64,000 nucleotides of DNA from Octopus sinensis (taxonomy: Eukaryota): assembly GCF_006345805.1 (NCBI RefSeq), contig NC_043000.1, positions 89,962,001-90,026,000 of the forward strand. Reading direction: 5' to 3'. Both the position numbers and the translations under genes were made by a program. The notes beneath the pieces are model-generated. The model made no database searches. It was not told where the DNA came from and saw only the letters and a list, made by a program, of their open reading frames with translations. Of this stretch, positions 37,888 through 47,559 are shown piece after piece. How positions within the stretch are numbered: position 1 is the stretch's first letter; the number at the start of each line of letters is the position of its first letter.

Positions 37888-39351
37888 TCTTATTATAAAA
37901 GGCAGATTTTATCTGCCTCCCTTTGTAACTTATAGAAATCTACAATATAGGATTTCTTCAATTACAATTTACCTAGCATTTTTAAGAGTAGAATGCATCG
38001 GGTCATGCCAGGTCCGGTTTTTAAAATTTCAACCCCAATTAAGCAAAATTTAGAGAAAACTCACATTCTGGTGTATATGTCAAATGTTTTTCTTAATGTG
38101 GGATACACCACACGCAAACGCACACACACACAAAGGGAGCGACTGTTTCACTGACGCTATCACCCTTCTCCTCCTTTGTCTTTGCAAGTTTGCAGCTATT
38201 AAAGTGAAAACAGTGAATCCGACAGCGATTAAGAAAATGAATTGGTACCTGAATGGAGTGAAAATTTAAAAACTGTTTCTTTCGGTGATTTTTCTGAAGA
38301 AACTGCACCAAGCCACAGACTTTCCCAGAAGAGTATAAAGCCTTAAACTATTTCTTTTTACTTTTTCGAATGAGCCTATTTGAAATCATTACATTAAACG
38401 TAAACAAAGCGAAAGAAAGGATAGTTTGTGGTTTCCCACAACCTTAAATTAAATTAAGGCCTATTTTGCCATAAATATTATTATGGGTATCAGAAAGTTA
38501 CCCAGAATAACAAATTCTATCGTAAAATTTTGTTGTATACCCAATTGAATATTAGCTAATAACCCATTTTCTATAGCAATGTTTGAACAAAATTTTAATA
38601 ATTTTATATATTGTTGAATTTACCTGTATCTACCTGCAATTAGAGTCGCTTTGTGACAAAAATTATAGTGTAGAATTGGTTGAGAATATTTCATTAAATT
38701 ATCTTCCAAAAATCAGATTAATATATTGATAAATAAAAAAGTTATAGTTGTTTAATGAAACCAGACTAAATTTATGATTACGTTAGAAATTAATTGAAAC
38801 ACATAAGGGGTGTATTTTGGTCAGAAATATAGTAACGCAAGGGTTAAGAAAAACCAAAAAATATTTTATTCTTTATAAATGTTGTGTTCAAAATAACATT
38901 TTCTTTTAAGAATGTGTATATAACAAAGTATGTGTATATAACTACGTGACTTATATCTTTATATATAAGAGTGAAGTTGTGTGTCTGTCTCCTACGATTT
39001 AGATTCGTAACGACTCCCACATTTTGCGGTGCAGTGTAACCAAAACCGGGTATCTTATAGTCGTGATTCATATCAAGCCCTTCTGGGTATTAGCGCGCGT
39101 CTACGATAAGTCTACGATTTAAAAAAATTTACCATCATATTTTTCCATTTTAATGCATTTTTTTTGCTATTATGTAAGGGAAGTAACTCTCTAAAAATAT
39201 CTACGATGTGTCAACGATTTAAATAGAAATTTACCTTAATTTTTTTTCCATTTTAATGCATTTTTTTCCTATTTTTTGGCTATAACTCTCTAAAAATGCT
39301 TATATAGTTATTTCCCTTACAAACCCGAGCAACGCCGGGCGATACTGCTAG
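37888..39351 (+). mobile_element. Composite non-autonomous Helitron (module A 5' end + cargo + complete module B)
   Basis: Starts A|TCTTATTATAAAAGGCAG, has a second 5' end TCTTTATATATAAGAG at 38956, and ends CCCGAGCAACGCCGGGCGATACTGCTAG|T. Confidence 0.85.
38200..38847 (+). pseudogene. piggyBac-derived cargo: transposase N-terminal fragment plus right end
   Basis: ESDSD*ENELVPEWSENLKTVSFGDFSEETAPSH / KALNYFFLLFRMSLFEIITLNVNKAK resembles the PGBD N-terminus (W...F....GP...YF.LFF...I...TN.YA). The segment ends AAGGG-TTAA. Confidence 0.5.
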
Positions 39352-39566
39352 TATATATATATATGGTAAATCAAAAATAAAAACTGGAAAAACAACAAAA
39401 GTCAAGAGGATGTATACAGTAAATGTATTTTATATACATTAAATTATTTTATATATATATGTGTATGTGTGTAAAATATAGGGTAGTGAGTTGTTTTAGA
39501 AATTTCTCTACCAGTGGCCTAGCATGTATAAAAAGTCAATAGACAACATATTCTCAATATAAAATA

Positions 39567-40171
39567 GTGTACATTTAAACGCAAGAGAAAACTGCCTTCA
39601 ACAGGCAGTTTTTACATGCTAGAAGTAGTCAAAACAACCAAAGCCACATTTAAGAGCAATCTTCAAAAGGAATGAAAAATATAAACTTTTACCTTGTTAT
39701 TTTAATCTGGTCAAACCTAGGTTTCAAAATTTCTTTAGCAAGTGAAATAATTTTCTAGGTGAATTTCTCAACACTAACATATTATTAAGAGACAAATAAC
39801 ACGTGTCTCATCATTATACATTATGATTTTAGTTCGGCAGTTATTCATTTACTGCCAACTGGAACTGCACTTGCGAGGTGAATTTGAAAAATTACAATGT
39901 ATAACGATGAGACGTGTGTTATTCATCTCTTAATTATGTTAGTGTTATGGCATGGTCACTGATGAGAAATTTGCCTAGCAAATTATTTTATTTGCTAAAA
40001 AAATTTTGAAACCTAGGTCTGACAGGATTAAAATAACAAGGTAAAAGTTTTTTTATTTTTCATTCCTTTTGAAGATTGCTCTTAAATGTGGTTTTGGTCG
40101 TTTTGACTACTTCTTCTAACATGTAAAATCTTCCTGTTGAAGGCAGTTTTCACTTGTGTTTAAATATACAC
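39567..40171. mobile_element. Foldback/MITE with inverted arms of about 270 bp
   Basis: GTGTACATTTAAACGCAAGAGAAAACTGCCTTCAACAGG... is mirrored by ...CCTGTTGAAGGCAGTTTTCACTTGTGTTTAAATATACAC. Confidence 0.85.
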
Positions 40172-40184
40172 TTTTTTATATATA

Positions 40185-40584
40185 TATTATAGTAGGGTAG
40201 GCCAATTTATGGGGTTACACTGGATTTCTCGCTCATAAGAGGTTTAGCTTTATGGCGTATCTTCAGGCCCCAAACACTGCTGGCCTGAGATCTCTTTAAA
40301 ATATGGAGGAAGAAAAGCCTCATTTTTAAGGGTAAAACCCTAGGTGATTATCTCCCTTTGCCATTGTCCATTGATCTTCAGTCATGCCGCCATCTTGCAG
40401 TCACCAAAACACTCCGAAGGTAAATAATTGTCTCCCTTTGGCCTTGGCTATTGGTGTCCGGTTGTAGTGCCACACTGCAGATTCCACAAAGCCAGCAGGT
40501 GTTTACTAAAATGCATGCATAGCCTGAAAAATCTCCATCCTGGAGTTCAGTATGCCCCCTGGTATGAGTGAGTCTTTAAGGATT
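40185..40584 (-). mobile_element. PLE left arm, distal part (endonuclease C-terminus and pseudo-LTR-like 3' region)
   Basis: Joins 45627 seamlessly when the Gypsy is removed (HTRILKDSLIPGGILNSRMEIF..CMH); the reverse complement is homologous to 46610-46880. Confidence 0.75.
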
Positions 40585-41007
40585 TGTAACGTGAAAGGAT
40601 CTATCATCGAAGCACTGGCAGGGTGTCGAGATCCTTTCTAGTCACATACAAAAATTCTTGTAGAAAACAAACAGACGAAACTCAGGTTAAAGGTGAACAG
40701 ACAACTTGGTTTATTGATTCATGGTTGTACGTTGTCTGATGGGGGAATAGACAGCCTCTGATATATTGCTGGTGTTGGTCGTTGAGGTTGGTTGAAGTTG
40801 GTTGAAGCTGGTGTGTGGCTGTCAGAGCCAGGAAAACCGTGACCGATCGCAGTGCTGTCTTGAGCCGAAGAGAGAGATTTGAGGTTCGCGGGCTCGAGAG
40901 ATGTTTTCCCGCACCGCACATGGCATGGGGAAGACTTCCGGTGGCCACCCGGAAGTAGTCCCATTCTGCGCATGCGCCGCCGAACCCTACACAGTAGCAT
41001 CACTACA
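40585..41007 (-). repeat. 3' LTR (423 bp)
   Basis: TGTAACGTG...CACTACA on plus; near-identical to 45210-45626. Confidence 0.96.
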
Positions 41008-41019
41008 GGGCTCCCCTCC
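41008..41019 (-). promoter_or_regulatory. Polypurine tract
   Basis: Minus-strand GGAGGGGAGCCC immediately precedes the 3' LTR start TGTAGTG. Confidence 0.85.
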
Positions 41020-41131
41020 GAGTGCGAAGTACGGCAACCAGAATATTGTGGTGGTGCTGCAGAAAACAGAAGGCTTGCGATCCCCCAGAAGACTTGGTAC
41101 ATACTATTATACAATAAGAAACATTTTAAAG

Positions 41132-42362
41132 TTAAATGTAAATTGTTTTTGAAAGTTTCTTGGGCCAATGCACTGTTCTGCCCGACTTTGTAACATACGG
41201 TGTGTCTCGGGGCACCCGTTGACGGCGAGGGTGGTGTTGTAGGAGCCGGTGAAGGTGTTGTGCAGGTGAAGGCGTTTGTGCAGGTGAAGGCGTTTGTGCA
41301 GGTGAAAGTGTTGTTAAAGGTGCATAGGTGGGTGTGTCAAGGTTGTCATCAAAAGATGAAGACGTCTCAAAATGTGCCTTTTTTAAACGGTCCACGGAAA
41401 CGGTCTCCGAACGACCATTTATCTCAATCGTGAAAACCTTTGGTGTGCGAGAAAGCACACGAAAAGGTCCTTTATAGGGAGAAACAAGTGGGCCCTTCAC
41501 AGAATCGTCCCGAACAAAAACATGCGACCAGGTGTTCATATCCGGTGGAAGATGGGACGGTGGAGATTGCTTTCTGGGAAGCATGGGCGGAAGGTTTGAA
41601 AAATATTCCCGCAGTCTGGTGACATAGGTCGCCGGATCATGGGGCGGGGAAGTGTCTGGCACCAACATCGTACCGGGCAATGCCAGTGTGGTACCATACA
41701 GCCTCTGCAGCAGAAAACCCCAGGTCTGCCTGACAGCAGTCCGACAGCCGAGAAGCACAATGGGCAGAAATTCGATCCAGGACTGTGGGTCCGAAGAGGC
41801 ACGAAGAGCGGCCTTGAGCTGTCTATGGAACCGCTCAACCAATCCATTAGACGCTGGATGGTAGCTTGGTGGTGTGGATATGGTGCATACCCAAAATTCG
41901 CGACAATTCGCGAAATAGCGAGGCCTCAAACTGTCGTCCACGATCAGTTGTCAATCGGGACGGGACTCCGAAGCGAGAAATCCAGTTTGAAACGAAAGCT
42001 CGCGCAACAGTCTCAGCAGAAATGTCTGCTATCGGAATGGCTTCTGGCCAGCGGGAGAAACGATCGACACAAGTTAATAGATAGAGAGAACCCGCGACTC
42101 ACAGGCCATGGTCAACAACAGATCGATGTGGACATGGCGAAAAACGGGCCTCCGTGGGGGGAAATTGTCCAAGCGGGGCACGAACGTGCCGTTGAATCTT
42201 GGATCGTTGACACTTGGAGCAGGTGCGTGTCCAACAAGTAATTGTGCGACGCATATTCAGCCAGAAAAACCGAGCAGTGATTAGTTTGAGGGTGGCAGCG
42301 ATGCCAGGATGTGATAAGGAGTGCAGTGCTTCAAACACTGAGCGTTGATGGGTCTCAGGCAC
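41132..42362 (-). pseudogene. Gypsy integrase, broken by single-base frameshifts
   Basis: H.LSHPG...C.KC zinc finger; [13 protein letters not shown] and [13 protein letters not shown] (DDE); GPF motif SPYKGPFRVL; DRLKKAH. Confidence 0.9.
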
Positions 42363-42390
42363 CAGTGGCCTGGGAGATCCAGTTGAAGTG

Positions 42391-44388
42391 TCACAAAGAA
42401 TGGTGCCTTCGGCTGACGGAAGCGGAAGGTAGGAAAACTGGCAACAGGAGAACTTGGGAGAAGTTAAATAACGACGCCAAAGGTGGCTGCTCCTGCGATA
42501 TGGCAGCTAAGTCGATAGCAGCAGGAGACGAAAGGGCGCAAACTGGAAGGCGAGAGAGAGCGTCAGCAGGAACGTTCTCTTTTCCAGGTATGTGTCGAAT
42601 GTTGCTAGTAAATTGAGAGATAAAATCCAGGTGCCGAAAAGCACGGGGTGAGAGTTTGTCCGTTTTTGAAAACAGGGCAAACGTAAGGGGCTTGTGATCC
42701 GTATAGATCACAAAATCTCGCCCTTCAAGTTGATGCTGGAAATGACGAACCGATAGATAGATCGCTAGGAGCTCACGATCAAAGGTGCTGTATCGTCGTT
42801 CAGCTGGTTGCAGTTGACGGGAAAAGAAGGCTAGAGGTCGAACATGGTCATCCACTGTGTGTTGTAACACAGCGCCAATCGCAGTGTCCGATGCGTCCAC
42901 AGTCAAAGAGAGAGAAGCACCAGGAACTGGATGTGCAAGCAAAGAAACAGAAGCCAGCTCCTTCTTAATGGACTCAAAGGCTGTCACTGCCTCAACAGAG
43001 AGGGTGACTTGACTGTCCTTTCTAGGAGAGTCCTTTAACAGCCTGGTGAGAGGTAGCAGCTTATCTGCACAACCGGGAATGAAGCGTCGGTAGAAATTGA
43101 CCATCCCTAGATAATGCCTGAGCTGGCGCAAGGAAGTGGGGGGTGCGATGCGTTGAATGGCATCGACTTTTGACGAGAGGGGGCTGATTCCAGTCGAATC
43201 AATATGATGCCCTAGAAAATCTAGGGAAGAGCGTCCGAAAACACACTTGTCGGGGTTTATGCGTATGCTATACGCGCGAAGACGCTGGAAGAGTTGAGAA
43301 AGGTGCCGGAGATGATTTTCTCGTGTGTCGCTCGCAATGAGTATGTCATCGACATAGGCAAACACAAAATCAAGACCGCGGACAACCTCATCAATGAAAC
43401 GCTGGAAGGTGCTAGTAGCATTCCGCAAACCGAAACTCATGTACAAAAACTCAAAACACCCAAACGGGGTAGTGATTGCAGTTTTTGGAACGTCGGCTGG
43501 GTTGACCGGTATTTGGTGGTAAGCGCGTATCAGATCGACCTTCGAAAAAATGGTACAACCATGGAGATTTGCTGTAAAGTCCCGGAGATTTCTAATCGGA
43601 TAGCGATCGGCTATTGTGACGGCATTGAGGCGTCGATAGTCTCCAACCGGGCGAAAATCAGACTCGCCCTTTCGCGCCAAATGAAGGGGAGATGCCCATG
43701 GGCTGGTGGAGGGGCGTATAATGCCAAGTTGAAGCATGTGCTCAAACTCGGCTCTGGCCGTTTTAAGTCGGTCTGGCGCTAGGCGCCGGAGGCGTGAGAA
43801 TACAGGTGGCCCATTGGTGGTGATGAAATGGAGGGTCGAGTGGGTAGGATTTTCCGGTTTAAAGGCAATGTCCACTAGCTCCGGAAATGAAACCAAAAGA
43901 GAGTGAAAAGGGTCTCCAGAGGTGGCAACAAAGAATGTCGGGCTAAGGACCGCAGTGGTGGAACTCCCAGTCGGTGTAGAGAGCGACGTCGTGCTATCAA
44001 GAAGCCTCCGACGCCTGACATCCACCAATAGGTTAAACCTATCCAGGAAATCAGCGCCGAGAATAGGATGCGGGATGTCAGCGATGACGAAAACCCATCG
44101 AAAGTCTCGACGAAGGTTGAGGTTGAGGCGCAGCGAAATCTGACCGTAAGTGGTTATGGGAGACGAGTCAATAGCATGCAAGACAATCGAAGAGCGCTTG
44201 GGCTTGTCTGCAGCCAGACGAAGGGGCCAGATGCTGCAACAGGAGCCGGTGTCTACCATGAAGAATTTCTCCGACACCAGATCTTTTACAAAAACTGCAC
44301 GTTTTTGGGAATGGCGATGGAAGAAGGTGACGTGCTCACCTCCTCCGGACTTAGTTTTCCGAGGGCTTGAATGCACGGCTGGGTACAC
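42391..44388 (-). CDS. Gypsy pol: aspartic protease, reverse transcriptase, RNase H
   Basis: FMVDTGS (PR); SPWASPLHL, DYRRLNAVT, FSKVDLIRAYHQI, FGLRNATSTFQR, YVDDILIAS (RT); VDASDTAIGAVL, YSTFDRELLAIY, TDHKPL, NVPADALSR (RH). Confidence 0.95.
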   Translation of the reverse strand: MYPAVHSSPRKTKSGGGEHVTFFHRHSQKRAVFVKDLVSEKFFMVDTGSCCSIWPLRLAADKPKRSSIVLHAIDSSPITTYGQISLRLNLNLRRDFRWVFVIADIPHPILGADFLDRFNLLVDVRRRRLLDSTTSLSTPTGSSTTAVLSPTFFVATSGDPFHSLLVSFPELVDIAFKPENPTHSTLHFITTNGPPVFSRLRRLAPDRLKTARAEFEHMLQLGIIRPSTSPWASPLHLARKGESDFRPVGDYRRLNAVTIADRYPIRNLRDFTANLHGCTIFSKVDLIRAYHQIPVNPADVPKTAITTPFGCFEFLYMSFGLRNATSTFQRFIDEVVRGLDFVFAYVDDILIASDTRENHLRHLSQLFQRLRAYSIRINPDKCVFGRSSLDFLGHHIDSTGISPLSSKVDAIQRIAPPTSLRQLRHYLGMVNFYRRFIPGCADKLLPLTRLLKDSPRKDSQVTLSVEAVTAFESIKKELASVSLLAHPVPGASLSLTVDASDTAIGAVLQHTVDDHVRPLAFFSRQLQPAERRYSTFDRELLAIYLSVRHFQHQLEGRDFVIYTDHKPLTFALFSKTDKLSPRAFRHLDFISQFTSNIRHIPGKENVPADALSRLPVCALSSPAAIDLAAISQEQPPLASLFNFSQVLLLPVFLPSASVSRRHHSL

Positions 44389-44831
44389 CGATCTGCCCTT
44401 TTGGTAGAGCGACTACGACTGCGTTGTCGGCGCTCGATCGCACGGGATAGATCGTCGATTCGCCGCGTGAGCGCATCAATCCGCTCGGTTAGTGAAATTT
44501 GCGCAGGGCCCCCTATACATGCACAGAGGCCTCGCGATGGAGATGGATTCGGAAATTCCAGTATTCCATCGGCCATCGTGGCAATCTGAATATTGCTCTC
44601 CCCCGAACGTGTGTTGCGGCGGAGGATTTCTGCTTTCACAGACGCGTATGTGGCATCCGGGTGGGACTTTATTATTAGATCCCTGATCGATGCGGCGAGT
44701 CGGGGATGTAAGCCGGAATATAGCAGGTGCAACTGCTGCTGTGGAGAAATGGCATGTGCATCAAAATACCACTCCACTTGGGCAAACCACAGGCCCATAT
44801 CCCCCGTAAATGAAGGCAAACCTGAAGCCAT
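44286..44831 (-). CDS. Gypsy Gag (short, apparently internally deleted)
   Basis: LPSFTGDMGLWFAQVEWYF, ATMADGILE, RSRSRS and RCTQPC match CsRn1-type Gag segments. Confidence 0.8.
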   Translation of the reverse strand: MASGLPSFTGDMGLWFAQVEWYFDAHAISPQQQLHLLYSGLHPRLAASIRDLIIKSHPDATYASVKAEILRRNTRSGESNIQIATMADGILEFPNPSPSRGLCACIGGPAQISLTERIDALTRRIDDLSRAIERRQRSRSRSTKRADRCTQPCIQALGKLSPEEVSTSPSSIAIPKNVQFL

Positions 44832-45197
44832 GCCTTTGTCGGAAGGAATCTGTGAGAAGGGGGCAGAAGGTATGGTCTAGAAGTGGAGAGAGAACACGTG
44901 GAACCGAGAAGGCAATTCAAAATTGTGTTTGTGTGTGCACCTCGTGGGTAGCAAAAAAGGGAATAGTGTGTACAAGGAAAACAAAATACAGAAAAGGAAA
45001 AAAATGAATGTGTGTGTGTTCTTTTTCTTTGTTTTTTTTTTTTTTTTTTACTGTGTGCGATGAGTAAGGCTATTTGACCCACCTCGCCGTGCTGAAAAGG
45101 AGAAAATAGGAAAATAAATGTGAATTTCCGCGCTCTTCGCGGCCCAAAAAAAACCTGTTCGCTGTGTCTTTTTCTATCCTGTTCTTTTTCTCAACTA

Positions 45198-45207
45198 GGG
45201 GTCACCA
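45198..45207 (-). promoter_or_regulatory. Primer binding site complementary to the tRNA-Trp 3' end
   Basis: TGGTGACCCC starts 2 nt inside the 5' LTR boundary; it is the same first 10 nt as the tRNA-Trp PBS of avian sarcoma-leukosis viruses and CsRn1-clade elements. Confidence 0.85.
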
Positions 45208-45209
45208 AT

Positions 45210-45626
45210 TGTAACGTGAAAGGATCTATCATCGAAGCACTGGCAGGGTGTCGAGATCCTTTCTAGTCACATACAAAAATTCTTGTAGAAAACAAACAGA
45301 CGAAACTCAGGTTAAAGGTGAACAGACAACTTGGTTTATTGATTCATGGTTGTACGTTGTCTGATGGGGGAATAGACAGCCTCTGATATATTGCTGGTGT
45401 TGGTCGTTGAGGTTGGTTGAAGTTGGTTGAAGCTGGTGGTGGCTGTCAGAGCCAGGAAAACCGTGACCGATCGCAGTGCTGTCTTGAGCCGAAGAGAGAG
45501 ATTTGAGGTTCGCGGGCTCGAGAGATGTTTTCCCGCACATGCGCATGGGGAAGACTTCCGGTGGCCACCCGGAAGTAGTCCCATTCTGCGCATGCGCGCC
45601 GAACCCTACACAGTAGCATCACTACA
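45210..45626 (-). repeat. 5' LTR (417 bp)
   Basis: By eye it differs from the 3' LTR only by a few small indels (net 6 bp). Confidence 0.96.
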
Positions 45627-46105
45627 GATTCTTGTGTGTTCAGCAATGCATAACTTGCACTGTTTCATCCTGTTGATGTAGGGACCTGGGTTCTTGAATA
45701 TTTTCCATGCGATCAAGTATGGAATCTCTTCATCTTTTAGTTGCCAGATATGGCTGGCTAACGATCTCATGTATATCCTTTCCAGGAGTCTGAAGGAGGA
45801 CAGCTGATTGGAAATACATTCTTTGAGAGAGTTCCCAGTGCACCCCACATATTTCTGCAGGTGCATGATGTCGTTGAGCCTGTTGCTGTTGCTGTTGTTG
45901 TTGGTGCTGCTGTTGCTGCTACCATTGATGCCGATGCTGCCAGTGGTGTTGTCACTCTTCAAGCTGGTGTTGGTGCTGGTGCTAGTGTCGCTGGGGTGAA
46001 TGTTGGTGGCAAACATATTCTTGTCCCTGCACATGTTGGCTGTGGTGCAGCCACTGTTGTCGCTGCTGGAGCTGGCATTGGTGTTATTGCTGTTGTCATC
46101 ACTAC
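45627..46105 (-). mobile_element. PLE left arm, proximal part (P/A/T-rich linker + GIY-YIG fragment)
   Basis: KYVGCTGNSLKECISNQLSSFR...SLASHIWQLKDEEIPYLIAWKIFKNPGPYINRMKQCKLCIAEH matches the C-terminal half of PLE GIY-YIG endonucleases. Confidence 0.75.
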
Positions 46106-46121
46106 TGAGGATTAATCCTCA

Positions 46122-46880
46122 ACCAGCACCAGCAACAACACCAGCAGCCCAGCTCTATCAACAACAACAACAGCAATGCCAGCACCTGCAGTAACAACAT
46201 CAATTGCACTACAGGTAACACATGCAGGGATGAGAATATGAGCAGCACCAACAGTACTCTTAGTGACACCAGCACCAACAGCAGCAGCCCCAATTCCAGC
46301 AGTGACAACACTGCCATAGGAATCAGCAGCAATGGTAGCAGCACAACCAACAGCAGCACCTACAATAGCAACAGGCTCAACAACATCATGCACTCACAAA
46401 AGTATGTGGGGTGCAATGAGAACTCTCTCAGGCAGCATTTGCAATCATCTGTCCTCCTTCAGAGTCCTGGAAAGGAGATATGTGACATCGCTGGCCAACC
46501 ATTTCTGGCAATTAAGAGATGAAGAGATTCCATACTTCCTCACATAGAAAATATTCAAGAACCCAGGCCTCTACATCAACAGGATGAAACAGTGCAAGTT
46601 ATGCGCCAATCACACAAGGATCCTTAAAGACTCATTCATGCCAGGAGGCATCATGAACTCCAGGACGGAGATTTTCACGTCATGCATGCATTTTAGAAAA
46701 CTCCTGCTGGCTTGTTGGAACCTGCAGAGTGGCACTACAGCAGAAAAACAATAGCCAAGGCTGAAGGGAGACAATTGTTTACATTCGGGGTGCTTTGATG
46801 ACCGCAAGATGGTGGTACAACCAAAGATTGATGGATAGTGGCAAAGGGAGATAACCCCATAAACTAGCCTACCCCACTAT
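46122..46880 (+). mobile_element. PLE right arm, inverted diverged copy
   Basis: Collinear with the reverse complement of 46105-45627 + 40584-40185, lacking about 130 bp near its distal end. Confidence 0.75.
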
Positions 46881-47040
46881 ATTAAATGTCCTTCATCTTA
46901 GCATGTGCTTCTCCTCTGGATTCATGTATTTCTACAAACGATATGTGTGTGTGTGTATTATGTGGTAAGACTTCAACAAGTAGGATAGCACTCGATCAGC
47001 TAAAAGAGTAAAGATAATATTAGAAATAAAAACCACAAAT

Positions 47041-47493
47041 CTTGTGAAATACAACTAGCCAGGGTTTCCCAGTTGAAACATTAATCTATTTTGCCATTTT
47101 TGAAGCTAGCAAAATAAATTTTGGATAAAGAATGCTCATAAAGAAGAAGATAAAAAAAAGAAAACACAGGGGAGATAACCTACGTTACAATAAACATCAA
47201 AAAGGAGTACACAAGATATTAGTGACGGTTTACGATGTGTCTGGTGGCCTATTTTTAAATTCCACCAAATCATAAACCATTAAAATCTTGTTAACGCCCT
47301 TTTGACATTTGTTTATTGTTACATTGGTTATCTCCCCTGTGTTTTTCATTTTGATTTCTTCCTTATCATTGTTCCTTGTTCAAAAGTCATCTGCTTAAAA
47401 GCAACTAATAAACGGTCTTCATCTCAGATTGAAAAATTGGCGAAGTAAATTAATATTTTGACCAGGAAACCCTGGGTAACTTGATTTCACAAG
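47041..47493. mobile_element. Foldback/MITE with diverged inverted arms
   Basis: CTTGTGAAAT...CCAGGGTTTCC / GGAAACCCTGG...ATTTCACAAG and ACACAGGGGAGATAACC / GGTTATCTCCCCTGTGT. Confidence 0.75.
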
Positions 47494-47559
47494 ACTTGTC
47501 ATTTTTACTATAACATTGTAACATAACTCAGTTCATCTGTTGCCAAAGGCCTACAAAAA

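Larger units (their letters stand above)
40585..45626 (-). mobile_element. Full-length Ty3/Gypsy LTR retrotransposon (CsRn1/Kabuki/Boudicca-like)
   Basis: Two TG...CA LTRs, a 4-bp TSD GATT (40581-40584 and 45627-45630), PBS, PPT, gag, and PR-RT-RH-INT order. Confidence 0.97.

Noticed and set aside
41639-44831. Plus-strand ORFs (e.g. 41639-42241, 43294-43782)
   Set aside because: Antisense shadows of Gypsy gag-pol with no recognisable domains.
45860-46400. Mucin-like or Asn/Ser/Thr-rich host protein
   Set aside because: Low-complexity linker of the inverted PLE fragments, present in both orientations with stops.
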